DNA from: a virus
Strand: one strand, 5' to 3'
Virus record (IMG/VR): IMGVR_UViG_3300023177_000002
DNA length: 64,000 nt
Positions 46,082 through 56,091 of this stretch are shown in pieces (the stretch's first letter is position 1; each line of letters starts with the position of its first letter). Below the pieces are notes generated by a model. The model did no database searches and was not told the DNA's origin. It saw only the letters and a program-made list of their open reading frames with translations. The position numbers were made by a program, and so were the translations under genes.

Positions 46082-46522
46082 CTATTTACTAAAATGTATT
46101 TTTACGGGTAATACCCGCCAGTCGGAAATATGCCATCTTCGTATTTGACCTATTTGCCTGGCGCTTAATCCTATTCGTATCAAGCGGTGTATTACAGGAG
46201 ACGGTGTATTTCCTAGTGTACGCAATGTATCAAGAACGGTAGTTCGTGAAAAATCAGTGAAAATCGGATATGCAACATGACCGCTTTTGGTATACGATAA
46301 TTCTTGTGTGCGCACACCATAGTAATTATCGATACCTCTTTCAACAACTTTTAATGTAAAGCCGGTATGATCAAATTTTTTATTTGCGTCTGATTCGACG
46401 TTTTCCGTGGTTACCATTATCAAAAAAGTTTGTACCTGGACTGAATGATATTTGCGTTTTAGGCGTGTGTATGGTTTTAAGGCTGTTTTTGTGATGTTCT
46501 GACTAGATCTTTTTCGATCCAT
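46082..46522 (-). CDS. hypothetical protein
   Basis: ORF. Confidence 0.35.
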   Translation of the reverse strand: MDRKRSSQNITKTALKPYTRLKRKYHSVQVQTFLIMVTTENVESDANKKFDHTGFTLKVVERGIDNYYGVRTQELSYTKSGHVAYPIFTDFSRTTVLDTLRTLGNTPSPVIHRLIRIGLSARQIGQIRRWHISDWRVLPVKIHFSK

Positions 46523-46770
46523 TCTTTGCTATTCCTCAAGAAAAGTGTTATGTCTTCTTCGATTTGCCACATTGTTTGCAGCCAAATAACATAGTCTTCA
46601 TCCCGCAAATCATCTTCTTTCAAACTGCGTACGCATACATACTTATCGTTATATTTAACTATTTTTATATCGTATTGTTCGCTTTTTAATGATTTTAATT
46701 CTTGGGGAGATGTGGTGTAGTTTGTCACTAAAACTATATATTTGTCGAAGTATTTACTAAAGTCTGTCAT
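46477..46770 (-). CDS. hypothetical protein
   Basis: ORF. Confidence 0.35.
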   Translation of the reverse strand: MTDFSKYFDKYIVLVTNYTTSPQELKSLKSEQYDIKIVKYNDKYVCVRSLKEDDLRDEDYVIWLQTMWQIEEDITLFLRNSKEWIEKDLVRTSQKQP

Positions 46771-46812
46771 TGCTTAAATATACTAAATTTGTGTATTAAA
46801 AGCAAATTAAAC

Positions 46813-47235
46813 TTATAATTCTACTCCTGCTCTTTTTAATAAGTCAAAGCTATGTTTTTGGTCGTCTTTAGGATACATAGAATTCGAAGTTAATCGTAAT
46901 TCTTCCCATCTAACCTTACCATCATCAATTAATTTTTTTATGTTGCGTTGTGTACGATTTAGTCCTGACGCTCCAGTTTTAATTTCTAAAAATATTATTG
47001 CATTATCGTCAAATACAATATAATCTACAGGCATCCCTAAAAAATGAGCTCTTTTTGGATCATATTGAAAATGTTTCAGATACGGAACCAAATGTTCGGC
47101 TATTTGTCCCAGGCGGACTTCTGATGCTTTCTTTTGTCGATATATCTTTAAATATTGCACCCTGTAAAAGAATGCCGTATAAATTAAGGCAATAATTAAC
47201 GTTGTAACAATAATTATGATATAGGTGTTAAACAT
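46813..47235 (-). CDS. membrane-anchored putative PD-(D/E)xK-like nuclease
   Basis: N-terminal TM; VDYIVFDD...IFLEIKTG D..ExK-like pattern. Confidence 0.35.
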   Translation of the reverse strand: MFNTYIIIIVTTLIIALIYTAFFYRVQYLKIYRQKKASEVRLGQIAEHLVPYLKHFQYDPKRAHFLGMPVDYIVFDDNAIIFLEIKTGASGLNRTQRNIKKLIDDGKVRWEELRLTSNSMYPKDDQKHSFDLLKRAGVEL

Positions 47236-48295
47236 TTGATAATTCTTTTTCGATTTTGGTTTTTAACAATTCTATCTTATCATTTGACGGTGGAACCATG
47301 GTACCACGTCTATCCGCTTCTCGCACTTTTATAAGTTGATATATGTTTTCTTTGCCGACTCTTTTAATTAGACGACGCACGCCCTTTACGGTTAACTTCG
47401 GGTCCGCGTCAAACATATGATTCTCTATTAATATCTTTACAGTTTGTATTAGAGACGGCGGTAATTTATATTTTGTCATGTATGTTACAGCGAGCTCGGC
47501 GCCTACAAATTCGTGTTTGAAAAAATGCATTTTACCATCGGAAGTAATATCCATAGTAGTTGGTTTTGCCATATCATGAAATAACATAGTCCATCTGATT
47601 TCTTCTTCAAGTGCTGCCGCATTTATAGCCAACAATATGTGTTCAAATACATTGATGCCTTCGCCCCGACGTGTTTGACGAATATTGTTACAACGTGCTA
47701 ACTCTGGAAAAATATATTGTAGTACGTTGGTCTCTAACATCAAACGAAAACCATGCCCCGGATTTTTTGACATAATTATTTGTTGCAATTGTTTTCCAAT
47801 ATATGCTGGGTTGCTCTTTACTACATTCTTGATCAATCGTGAATGTTCGTACATTGTTACCCACGTTGGGACATCTACGGCAAAAGAGGTTTGCGCAGCA
47901 ATGCGACATATCCGTAATAACTCTTCGGGGTAATCGAGAAATGTGGAGGTATTGGCACGAATGAGTTTATTCTTTAAATCATCGGCGCGAAATACCTTGC
48001 CATCCAGACTGAGAATAGCATTGTTTATCGATATAGGATCAAATGGTACACTATCTATACTATTCAAAAAATACAATTCATATGTTGTGTCACCGTCACT
48101 TATCTGCAGTGTTGGTTTTGTTCTGTGCAATGTATAGTTATCTAACAATGGAATTACCTGTTCGCGGGTTACTCCAATTATAGCTAACTTATAATACTGC
48201 ACTTTTATTTTTAATGCTGTTGCCCAAACACATTCACCAAATAAGTAGATCGTGGCCCCTAGTTTTTCAATAGCAAAGATTAAGTTGTTATCCAT
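47228..48295 (-). CDS. CCA-adding enzyme/polyA polymerase family protein with HD domain and degenerate nucleotidyltransferase motif
   Basis: YLFGECVWATAL in place of GGxVRD; RLMLETNVLQYIFPEL neck motif; FHDMAKP HD motif. Confidence 0.5.
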   Translation of the reverse strand: MDNNLIFAIEKLGATIYLFGECVWATALKIKVQYYKLAIIGVTREQVIPLLDNYTLHRTKPTLQISDGDTTYELYFLNSIDSVPFDPISINNAILSLDGKVFRADDLKNKLIRANTSTFLDYPEELLRICRIAAQTSFAVDVPTWVTMYEHSRLIKNVVKSNPAYIGKQLQQIIMSKNPGHGFRLMLETNVLQYIFPELARCNNIRQTRRGEGINVFEHILLAINAAALEEEIRWTMLFHDMAKPTTMDITSDGKMHFFKHEFVGAELAVTYMTKYKLPPSLIQTVKILIENHMFDADPKLTVKGVRRLIKRVGKENIYQLIKVREADRRGTMVPPSNDKIELLKTKIEKELSNV

Positions 48296-48723
48296 AAACC
48301 GGTTCTTAAGTCTTCTCGCATAGTTTCATATGTCGGTGCTTTCATAAACATATCTGGTTGCATACTTATAGAATTAAATAATCGTCGTGAATTCAATCCA
48401 ATATGGCCCTCTATAATTCCTATGACATTGATAGACTGTGGTCTTGTGTAATGTACACGCATACGTATTCTTGATAAAAATACATGTGCGAGCGATGAAA
48501 CTACATTTGTAATAATCATATGATGCGTATCATCATGCTGTGTACTTGGTAAGAATAACCAAAAATTATTTAAATGTACAACGGAGAAAGGCACGGAGAT
48601 TTTACTGGAGTCCAATGCTGTAGCAATCTCGAGTTGTTTCGCTACATAATCAAATTTATCTCTGAATGCAAACTGAAAGCAGTCATAGTTGTCTGTCATC
48701 TGGAATGGCTGCATTGAAATCAT
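48280..48723 (-). CDS. hypothetical protein
   Basis: ORF. Confidence 0.35.
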   Translation of the reverse strand: MISMQPFQMTDNYDCFQFAFRDKFDYVAKQLEIATALDSSKISVPFSVVHLNNFWLFLPSTQHDDTHHMIITNVVSSLAHVFLSRIRMRVHYTRPQSINVIGIIEGHIGLNSRRLFNSISMQPDMFMKAPTYETMREDLRTGLWITT

Positions 48724-48940
48724 GGTGTATCCTATGTATAGTCACGCTGTGATTTTTAAAAACATGCGCATCACAAGTACAAATTAGATGCGTCGGTCGC
48801 TTTGGAGCTGTCGGGTTAGCTAGTGTTTCTAGTCGACATGTGCCGTGTGAAACAGTTACTTTTCTATAATATAAACAATTGCCACACGCTCTAGCGACCT
48901 GATACCCTGGCGGCGTATAATCAGTGTTTGGTAGAGACAT
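48683..48940 (-). CDS. hypothetical small protein
   Basis: ORF. Confidence 0.3.
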   Translation of the reverse strand: MSLPNTDYTPPGYQVARACGNCLYYRKVTVSHGTCRLETLANPTAPKRPTHLICTCDAHVFKNHSVTIHRIHHDFNAAIPDDRQL

Positions 48941-49160
48941 GTTTAAATCCTTTATTAGTACAATATTTTTTTAGTTCTTCAATAGTACTTTGCATACTAC
49001 TAAACGAATCTCGCTTTAAAAATTCTTGGTGAAACTGAAAATCTGTCTCATCTTTTACGCTGCCGTAACTAAAATAAACGGCAAACAACTTATCTACCTG
49101 TTTGCCGGTTATCTCGTAATAAAAAACAATTCCACTTGTTAGCTTTTGTTCGTAGCGCAT
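48921..49160 (-). CDS. hypothetical small protein
   Basis: ORF. Confidence 0.3.
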   Translation of the reverse strand: MRYEQKLTSGIVFYYEITGKQVDKLFAVYFSYGSVKDETDFQFHQEFLKRDSFSSMQSTIEELKKYCTNKGFKHVSTKH

Positions 49161-49507
49161 GATTCTAGTTCTGATGTGGCTTCGGCAGCTGTGGCTATTA
49201 ATTCCGACAATGCTTCGGAAAGTCCTAATAAATTCTGTCCGTTATTATAATATTTACAGACTTGTACTAGTTCCTCATAAAGAACCTTTATAGCGTCTAA
49301 TTGATTTGCATTCTCTAGTTGTTGCGCCACCTGTTTGAAAACATATAACATTTGTTGCGTAAATACTGCTTTTGGTATATTGCTTTTGTCTTGTAATAAC
49401 TCGTCAAATCTTGCTTCGATCTTATCCGCTATTTCTTCGATAGTGCTCTCTGACGCTAAATTTGCAGTCGGATATTTTCTTAATACTTCTTTTATAATTT
49501 CAGTCAT
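49139..49507 (-). CDS. hypothetical protein
   Basis: ORF. Confidence 0.35.
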   Translation of the reverse strand: MTEIIKEVLRKYPTANLASESTIEEIADKIEARFDELLQDKSNIPKAVFTQQMLYVFKQVAQQLENANQLDAIKVLYEELVQVCKYYNNGQNLLGLSEALSELIATAAEATSELESCATNKS

Positions 49508-49515
49508 TTAAGTCC

Positions 49516-49959
49516 TTAAATTAATTTTCCGGTCATATGATCCAACTCATGTTGTATAATAATTGCCGGCATACCGACAAATTTATCAACGTGTGGAGTA
49601 CCTTCCTCATCCATATATGATACGGTAACGATTTCTCGACGAATACATCTTTTCTTATACCCGGGTTTTGACATACATCCTTCTTCAAACGAGAAGTATT
49701 TACCCGATCTTTTTGCCGTTGCATTTATAAATACTTTCCAATTATCAGAAATATTTACTACAAATACATGCGGTATGGGCTCATTTTCTTTTGTCCAGAT
49801 TTGATTACTTGCCAGCCCCATACATATTTCATAGTTCTTAGCGGTGTCTATTAAATCTACTGCCAACAAGGCCGCTGGGCCCACTTCACCACGAGTAGCT
49901 GGTGTTCGTAATATCCGCAATTGTGCCTCGTTATCTGCTTTATTTATCGACACAACCAT
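49516..49959 (-). CDS. def: peptide deformylase
   Basis: GLASNQIW (GxGxAAxQ), EGCMS (EGCLS), QHELDHMTG (QHExDH) motifs. Confidence 0.8.
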   Translation of the reverse strand: MVVSINKADNEAQLRILRTPATRGEVGPAALLAVDLIDTAKNYEICMGLASNQIWTKENEPIPHVFVVNISDNWKVFINATAKRSGKYFSFEEGCMSKPGYKKRCIRREIVTVSYMDEEGTPHVDKFVGMPAIIIQHELDHMTGKLI

Positions 49960-50188
49960 ATTTTAACCTTTCATGATATTTACATAAATAATCATACGCA
50001 TTTTCAGCGTCCAATAACGTGTTATATGTTTCTTTTATAGTAGTAATTTTTATTCCAAGAAAGTAAAGAATATATATTAATAAACAGTGTGATTCTTCTG
50101 GTTTCAATATTATTTTGCATGTTGTAAAATTGCGTCTGTACTTGGTCATAATCATAGTTGTGTAAATACTCTCTTTCTTGCATACCAT
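49940..50188 (-). CDS. hypothetical small protein
   Basis: ORF. Confidence 0.3.
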   Translation of the reverse strand: MVCKKESIYTTMIMTKYRRNFTTCKIILKPEESHCLLIYILYFLGIKITTIKETYNTLLDAENAYDYLCKYHERLKYGCVDK

Positions 50189-50718
50189 TGGAATTTTAGT
50201 AAATCTATATTTACATCCGCAAAATCAATAATGACTGGATTCTTTTTTATCTTATTTGAAACTCGCATTAGTCTGCCGGCGCTTTGTTTTAACCACACTT
50301 TACTTCGTGTTGGTGCGCATATAAATAAGATCTCAAGCTCCTTCAGATCGATGCCTTTATGAAACAATTGCCAGGTAGTAACAACAATACGCTTTTTACC
50401 GCTTTCAAGTTGCTGCATAATAGCGGCGCGATCTTTTTTCTTTACACTGGATAATAAAACTACGGAGTCCGGTAGTAACGCACCCAGTCTCTGAGCATGT
50501 TCTTGTCTATGACACAATAGAACACATTGTTGTGTTTTATATTTATTTACGGTGTCAACTATTAATTTATTTCTTATGTCATTAGTACCCATATCCGTTA
50601 TCATGATACCATATTCTGACGTATCAAATAATGGATACGTATATGAAGTTTTTATATACTCATATACAGGTTTTACAATTCTATCTGCAACAGCGGCATC
50701 TGGAACCTGATGTACCAA
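50152..50718 (-). CDS. helicase C-terminal domain segment (split gene, second part)
   Basis: motif VI QSAGRLMR, helicase C-domain pattern; N-terminal partner at 51827-52474. Confidence 0.6.
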   Translation of the reverse strand: MVHQVPDAAVADRIVKPVYEYIKTSYTYPLFDTSEYGIMITDMGTNDIRNKLIVDTVNKYKTQQCVLLCHRQEHAQRLGALLPDSVVLLSSVKKKDRAAIMQQLESGKKRIVVTTWQLFHKGIDLKELEILFICAPTRSKVWLKQSAGRLMRVSNKIKKNPVIIDFADVNIDLLKFQWYARKRVFTQL

Positions 50719-50959
50719 TGGGCCGGTTAACCAGAATATTACTTTAGTAAGACCATCAGCTCGTTCTGGTGTGGCTGATAATCCATATTTATATTTTGCT
50801 GGTATCTTTGAAATAACTTCAGCGTATGTTTTTGCTGGTACGATGTGTCATTTTGTTATCATTGAGGTTGTTATCTCAATTTCTACAAATTACTTTGTAG
50901 CTCGGCATATATTTTCATCCTATAAGGATGTCAAGGACTCTTGGGAATATTATATTTAT

Positions 50960-51820
50960 TCAATTCCTATGCTCTACACTGCGCAGGGCCTGTTTGCTAT
51001 CCTTGCGTTTAGCACGGTATTGCCCATCACGGGTTTTTACCGTTTTTCCTTGATTTACACCTTTGATCTTACGATCAAGTGCGGCACAAGCTTTTTCAAA
51101 TAATGCTTTTTTTCTCTTTAGAAAAATTGTACTGTCTTTATATAAATAATTAAATATTCTAACAACTTCAATTAAATTAGTCGTCTCTAATCTAAATATT
51201 GAGCGGTGTTTTGTTATCTTAGTATAAAGTTTTAATCTTTTATGGCACCAAGAAACAACATCGATATTGCCAGATATGTCAAAACAGTATCTAAGATGAG
51301 GAACTTTTCTTATATATATCGAACCATCACCATCAAATATACCCCTAATAAAATGATGTGTGTATTTTATAGGAATATTTTTGGGTTTTCCACCTCGTAG
51401 AGATTTTTGTGGCAAGCACCCTTTAGCTATGACGTCTAATCTCATTTGTTTATTATTTATATAATACACCGCTAAAGGTTGTTTTGATATTTGAATCTTT
51501 GCCTTGGTTCCTAAAATATCTTTAATCCGTCGCAACATGTACAGATCATTCGGATGTAGTGCTAAGGTCATGCCTGGGCGATTTTTTCTAACACAACCGT
51601 CGGCGAATATTAATCCAAGTATATACGCTTTTTCTTCTGTATCTATATTTTTAAAATAACGACTATTCAAACCAGGGTGTCTGCATTCTTCGTAGTCCCT
51701 AGTTAATTTTTCTTCATGTATAACATTGTATACTAATTCTTTTGAAGCAATGTGTAGTTTTTGCATTATTTGATAAGCCGACAACCCACTTTTATATAAT
51801 ATCTTAATTTTATTTTTCAT
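50960..51820 (-). CDS. LAGLIDADG homing endonuclease (double motif) inserted within helicase gene
   Basis: LGLIFADGCV and IRGIFDGDGSI motifs; own ATG 6 nt after stop of upstream helicase segment. Confidence 0.75.
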   Translation of the reverse strand: MKNKIKILYKSGLSAYQIMQKLHIASKELVYNVIHEEKLTRDYEECRHPGLNSRYFKNIDTEEKAYILGLIFADGCVRKNRPGMTLALHPNDLYMLRRIKDILGTKAKIQISKQPLAVYYINNKQMRLDVIAKGCLPQKSLRGGKPKNIPIKYTHHFIRGIFDGDGSIYIRKVPHLRYCFDISGNIDVVSWCHKRLKLYTKITKHRSIFRLETTNLIEVVRIFNYLYKDSTIFLKRKKALFEKACAALDRKIKGVNQGKTVKTRDGQYRAKRKDSKQALRSVEHRN

Positions 51821-51826
51821 AAGTTA

Positions 51827-52474
51827 TTATACGTAATATGTGGACCTTGTCAATACCTCATCGCATATTATCATTCCGAATTTATTTAATTCTGATTGAT
51901 CAATTTTTTTTACGCTTTGTAATAGCCCTACAGTTATTGGTTTTATTTTTCTTTCGCCCGCGCCGATTTTTCCTATATTCTTTACTGAGGTGAACTGTTT
52001 TAATCGCGCAATAAATTGATGCGCAAGTTCTATAGTATCTACCAGTATCAATGTAGGTTGTTTTAGTTTTGCAAGTAACGCACAGGCTATAACGGTTTTT
52101 CCTGAAGCCGTGATAGAGCATAAAACCCCGTTTGTTGTATTACTTAATACATCTACTGCAGTTTTTTGATAATCTCGTAACTCCCCGGTAAATTCTATTT
52201 GTATAGGAGTTTTGCTATAATAGCGATTATCATCAATCTGTAAATTAGGATTTATTATCTTCAATGACGAAAGGAAACCAACGGGGGCGGTTATTGTATT
52301 GTTTGCTTCTGTGTAAAATCGAAGCTTTGGTTCGATCCCCCACAGACTTTTGTTCATACTCATAGCCGTTACCCAGGTTGGATTTTCGGTCACAAGGCTC
52401 GCTTTTATCTGGTGTGCCTCGTCTTCTGTGTAATCGGTTATGGTTAATTCACCACTTATATTTACATTCATCAA
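51827..52474 (-). CDS. helicase N-terminal ATPase segment (split gene, first part)
   Basis: Walker A ITASGKT, motif II ICDEV; ORF stops ~10 aa after motif II. Confidence 0.6.
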   Translation of the reverse strand: MMNVNISGELTITDYTEDEAHQIKASLVTENPTWVTAMSMNKSLWGIEPKLRFYTEANNTITAPVGFLSSLKIINPNLQIDDNRYYSKTPIQIEFTGELRDYQKTAVDVLSNTTNGVLCSITASGKTVIACALLAKLKQPTLILVDTIELAHQFIARLKQFTSVKNIGKIGAGERKIKPITVGLLQSVKKIDQSELNKFGMIICDEVLTRSTYYV

Positions 52475-52536
52475 TTCTTTTCATTAATTATAATAATAAA
52501 ACACCTGAAACTCAATAATCTTATACCATAATAGTC

Positions 52537-52565
52537 TTGCATTTGATTATAAAAAACAGTATAAT
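52537..52565 (+). promoter_or_regulatory. sigma70-like promoter (TTGCAT -17 nt- TATAAT) with AGGAGA RBS for tail module
   Basis: TTGCAT at 52537-52542, TATAAT at 52560-52565, AGGAGA 52575-52580, ATG 52585. Confidence 0.5.
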
Positions 52566-52584
52566 CATATCATAAGGAGAATAC

Positions 52585-53025
52585 ATGACACAATTAACAG
52601 AAAAACAACAAAAGTGGTTAGAAGATCTTGTTATAAACGGTCAAACAACTACTACCGAAGAAATAATTCGCGGTTTAGCCAAGATAACTATCGCCTCATT
52701 AGTAGGTGGAACACAGCTGGCAATTGAACAAGCTATACCGGCTGAAGGTGCTTCGGTGTATGTTTTGCATTCTTTTGCGATTCAAACGTTGGCACAGGTA
52801 TTAAAAGCTTATGAAACAAAGGATAAAAAGACCGTCTTCGACAGTACAGCAGTAGCATTGGAGTTTGTAAAAAACCGCCCTACTGCAGTTATCGATGAAA
52901 TGATACAAGTGCAAACTAAATTCGAAAAAGAATTGAAGCAATTAATTACCCCGGAGACATTACAGGAAAATTTTACTACGACCCCAGGAACAGGCGCAGA
53001 CTCCAACTCTACATCAAAGGTATAA
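52585..53025 (+). CDS. putative tail assembly chaperone (short form)
   Basis: 146-aa ORF immediately upstream of tape-measure-like gene, carries slippery heptamer near its 3' end. Confidence 0.45.
   Translation: MTQLTEKQQKWLEDLVINGQTTTTEEIIRGLAKITIASLVGGTQLAIEQAIPAEGASVYVLHSFAIQTLAQVLKAYETKDKKTVFDSTAVALEFVKNRPTAVIDEMIQVQTKFEKELKQLITPETLQENFTTTPGTGADSNSTSKV
52968..52974 (+). other. candidate -1 programmed frameshift slippery heptamer A AAT TTT; -1 frame open to 53324 giving extended chaperone
   Basis: AAATTTT in X XXY YYZ register of the 52585 ORF; -1 frame has no stop for ~117 codons and no in-frame ATG. Confidence 0.5.
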
Positions 53026-53310
53026 ATCCTGGGGGCAAAGGATCAGTACGGGAATATGTACTGTTAAATGAATTACAACGACAAGATCTATTAGCGTATA
53101 TACATAGTTCGCTGCAAAAATATGCGGCAATAGTAGATCGTGAAAATGCGGCTGAAGTAAAAAATCTAAATGAGATACAACAACACTTGGATGAGCTGAC
53201 ATTTCCCGAACGATACCAAAAAACGAAGTTACCCAAGCAGGAATTTGAAGATAAAATAAAAAAATTATCCGCGCTTGAAAAGAAGTTTCCTAAAAACTAT
53301 GTAAAACGCA

Positions 53311-56082
53311 ATGGCAGATCAAGATCTTGAATATAGACTAAAAATAGACACAAGTGATTTAGCTTCTCAACTACAACAGGTACGCGCACAAATCGACCAG
53401 GCCCTCGGTGCGCAAGTATTTAATACAATTACTCCTTCAACACAACCCGCAGCTTTTGCTTTCCCAATGCAGCAAGCGCTGGCAAATGCACAAATATCGC
53501 TAGGGCAAGATATAAATAATACAATAAGCGCGGCACAGAATGCGCAGAACGATGTACATCGTGCAATGCAATCCATGCGTCTTGGATTTCAGAAATTTAA
53601 TAACGATGTAATGACATCTTATTTATCACAGGTTGATGTACCCATGTTTGCATCTGCACAAGGTGCGCCAATACCGTCATTTCATAACCGCGGTGTTTTT
53701 CAAAACTTAACCGCCAATGTTATTGGTTTGGGATATGACCCATCAATGTCACTTACGCCAGGAGAGTTCCGACGACGCGCAGGCTATGAATTTGCTAATC
53801 AATCAGGCAGGTTAACATTTGGAATAGGCGGTTCAATGCTTGGTGGTATAGCAGGAAGCCTAACTCCAATACCTTTTGGAAGTGTTATTGGAACTGTACT
53901 CGGAGGTATGGTAGGTGATATGGCATATGATGTCGCAGGAACTACCATATTACGAGATTACGAACAAGCAAGCGCAATCCGTGATTTTGCATATAATACT
54001 TCTTGGCGTACATTTGCTGGAAGATTCACAAGACAGCAAGCTTTACAGATTGGCCAGGATTTATCAACTGTAGCAAGAAGCGAGGCATTGGTTGGATATG
54101 GTGTTACAAATACTGATGTACAACGTGTAATGCAGGAATATACCGCTATTGGTGGGTTCGATACTGTAAGATCAGCAGAAGAATATCGAACTCGTGCAAA
54201 AGATATGATTGAGAATCATCGCAAAGTAATGCAGATATTACGTCTTACTGAAGAAGACGCTTTACAGTATATGAATACCATGCAAATGTATGGACGACCT
54301 ATAACCGGTAATTCAGCAATAGGTACAGCTACAATGGCATATGCTGCTGGTTATACACCAAAAGAATTTATGTCATTTGCACAACAAGCTGCGGAGATGG
54401 TACGTGGTACCGGGATAAATTTAGGGTCAGCGTTTGCGGGAGGAATGGATGCATTATTACGTACTAAATCATTTGTCGAAGCAGGCACCGTTCCGATGGA
54501 ACTAATACAACAGTATGGTGGAATACAACAATATACATTAAATACAACTCGTATGGGATACGAATGGGCTAATAGTATGAATGGCTTTACTCGTTTTGCT
54601 GCGGGTATGACATCGGGCGGATTAATGGGTACCGTTGGTATGAGTCCACAAGAAGCGATTGGTACCGCAGTTGCAAATCTTAGTGCCGGGGGAATCGAAG
54701 GCATATTGGGAATGCAGGGTCGTATGGGTAAATTAATCAGTAATGAAAATCCCACAGTCCTTGCGGCTATGCGCGGATTAGATATAGCATCAGTTATGAA
54801 GATGTTAAATATAAATCCTACAATGGAAAATTTTATGGGATTTGCGCAGACAACACTAGGGGTGTCGTTACCAGATGCCGAATCATCATATCGAATGGCT
54901 ACAGGAGGTGCAACGGTTAATATAGCTAAACTACGTAATACCGGCTATCAAACAGCGGTTGATATGGCTCCATCGACACTTGCCCAGATGTCTGATCGTT
55001 TTACAAATGTCATTAGTAATACAATGGCTGCTACAGGAAACTTTCTAGGATTACCTACGGCTTTGCGAGGATTAGAACAATACGCTGAAAAAGTACTTGG
55101 TAACGCAACATTGAGAGAGCCTGATTATATAACACGTACACGCACTTCTGCTATAAACGCCCTGTTCACTGGAATAGATCACGAACGTTTCGATGATTTA
55201 CAAAAAGTTCTTGGATCTGAAAAAGCGGTGGTCGACTTAATATATGCTTCTGAAAATGAACGAAAAAATATACTTGAAAGTGTGTCTGACGCAAATGACA
55301 AACAAACAACTCTTGCACGAGAATATTTTATAAATCGAAATTTAAATAAATTACGTCAAGTTGATTCAAAAACCACGGCGGCGGAGAAGACGCTGCAAGA
55401 ACGACTTGCCGAGCCAATGACACAAGAAAAAATGCAACTTCTTATAAATGAAAAGTTGGTGTCAAATATAAAAGATTTTGCTAAACCCGGGATGACTAAG
55501 GGGGAAGCAACTAGAATAACACAATTGTATAACAAAACTACTGCGGCACAAGAAGAGCAAACAGTAAGTGATATATTAGCAGGCCCGCAAGTTTCTTTTT
55601 TACGAGGAATAGCGCGGGGGCTAGATGAATGGGGGCTAGAACGTGAAGATATTGCATCGCGTGTTGAAGTTAGTAAGACATTTCGAGCAAATAAATGGCT
55701 GACAGCCACATTAAACCGCGCTGGCGCTGTGGTCGCTCGTGGCGCCGCCGAGCTTATCGGACGAGGTACTGGTGCCGATACTTTCAATTCTCAAACCAGT
55801 GATCTATTACAAGAATCAGGAATTAGTGCCGAGAAAGCAAAAGTAGACGATCAGCTGAAAGATCAAAAAAAGGTAAATGACCAACTGGATCTAATAGCAA
55901 AACAAATGAAACAGTTCGGCGCAATAGGTATGACTGGAGGACTAAGTCCTGAAGCAACGATGCAAGCACAAAGTAACGCTGCGCAGGCAGCGGCATTGAA
56001 AGAAATTATTACAAACACAGCTACGCTGAAAAAAGCTGCTGATCAAGCCACTGGTTATATAAATGTTAAAGTACATTGGTAA
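53311..56082 (+). CDS. putative tail tape measure protein (923 aa)
   Basis: very long ORF after chaperone-frameshift pair, Q/A-rich helical sequence with internal Gly-rich hydrophobic segment. Confidence 0.45.
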   Translation: MADQDLEYRLKIDTSDLASQLQQVRAQIDQALGAQVFNTITPSTQPAAFAFPMQQALANAQISLGQDINNTISAAQNAQNDVHRAMQSMRLGFQKFNNDVMTSYLSQVDVPMFASAQGAPIPSFHNRGVFQNLTANVIGLGYDPSMSLTPGEFRRRAGYEFANQSGRLTFGIGGSMLGGIAGSLTPIPFGSVIGTVLGGMVGDMAYDVAGTTILRDYEQASAIRDFAYNTSWRTFAGRFTRQQALQIGQDLSTVARSEALVGYGVTNTDVQRVMQEYTAIGGFDTVRSAEEYRTRAKDMIENHRKVMQILRLTEEDALQYMNTMQMYGRPITGNSAIGTATMAYAAGYTPKEFMSFAQQAAEMVRGTGINLGSAFAGGMDALLRTKSFVEAGTVPMELIQQYGGIQQYTLNTTRMGYEWANSMNGFTRFAAGMTSGGLMGTVGMSPQEAIGTAVANLSAGGIEGILGMQGRMGKLISNENPTVLAAMRGLDIASVMKMLNINPTMENFMGFAQTTLGVSLPDAESSYRMATGGATVNIAKLRNTGYQTAVDMAPSTLAQMSDRFTNVISNTMAATGNFLGLPTALRGLEQYAEKVLGNATLREPDYITRTRTSAINALFTGIDHERFDDLQKVLGSEKAVVDLIYASENERKNILESVSDANDKQTTLAREYFINRNLNKLRQVDSKTTAAEKTLQERLAEPMTQEKMQLLINEKLVSNIKDFAKPGMTKGEATRITQLYNKTTAAQEEQTVSDILAGPQVSFLRGIARGLDEWGLEREDIASRVEVSKTFRANKWLTATLNRAGAVVARGAAELIGRGTGADTFNSQTSDLLQESGISAEKAKVDDQLKDQKKVNDQLDLIAKQMKQFGAIGMTGGLSPEATMQAQSNAAQAAALKEIITNTATLKKAADQATGYINVKVHW

Positions 56083-56091
56083 CGAGGATAT

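Noticed and set aside
50719-51830. Intein in helicase
   Set aside because: The endonuclease ORF has its own start 6 nt after an in-frame stop of the upstream helicase segment, so it is not an in-frame fusion.
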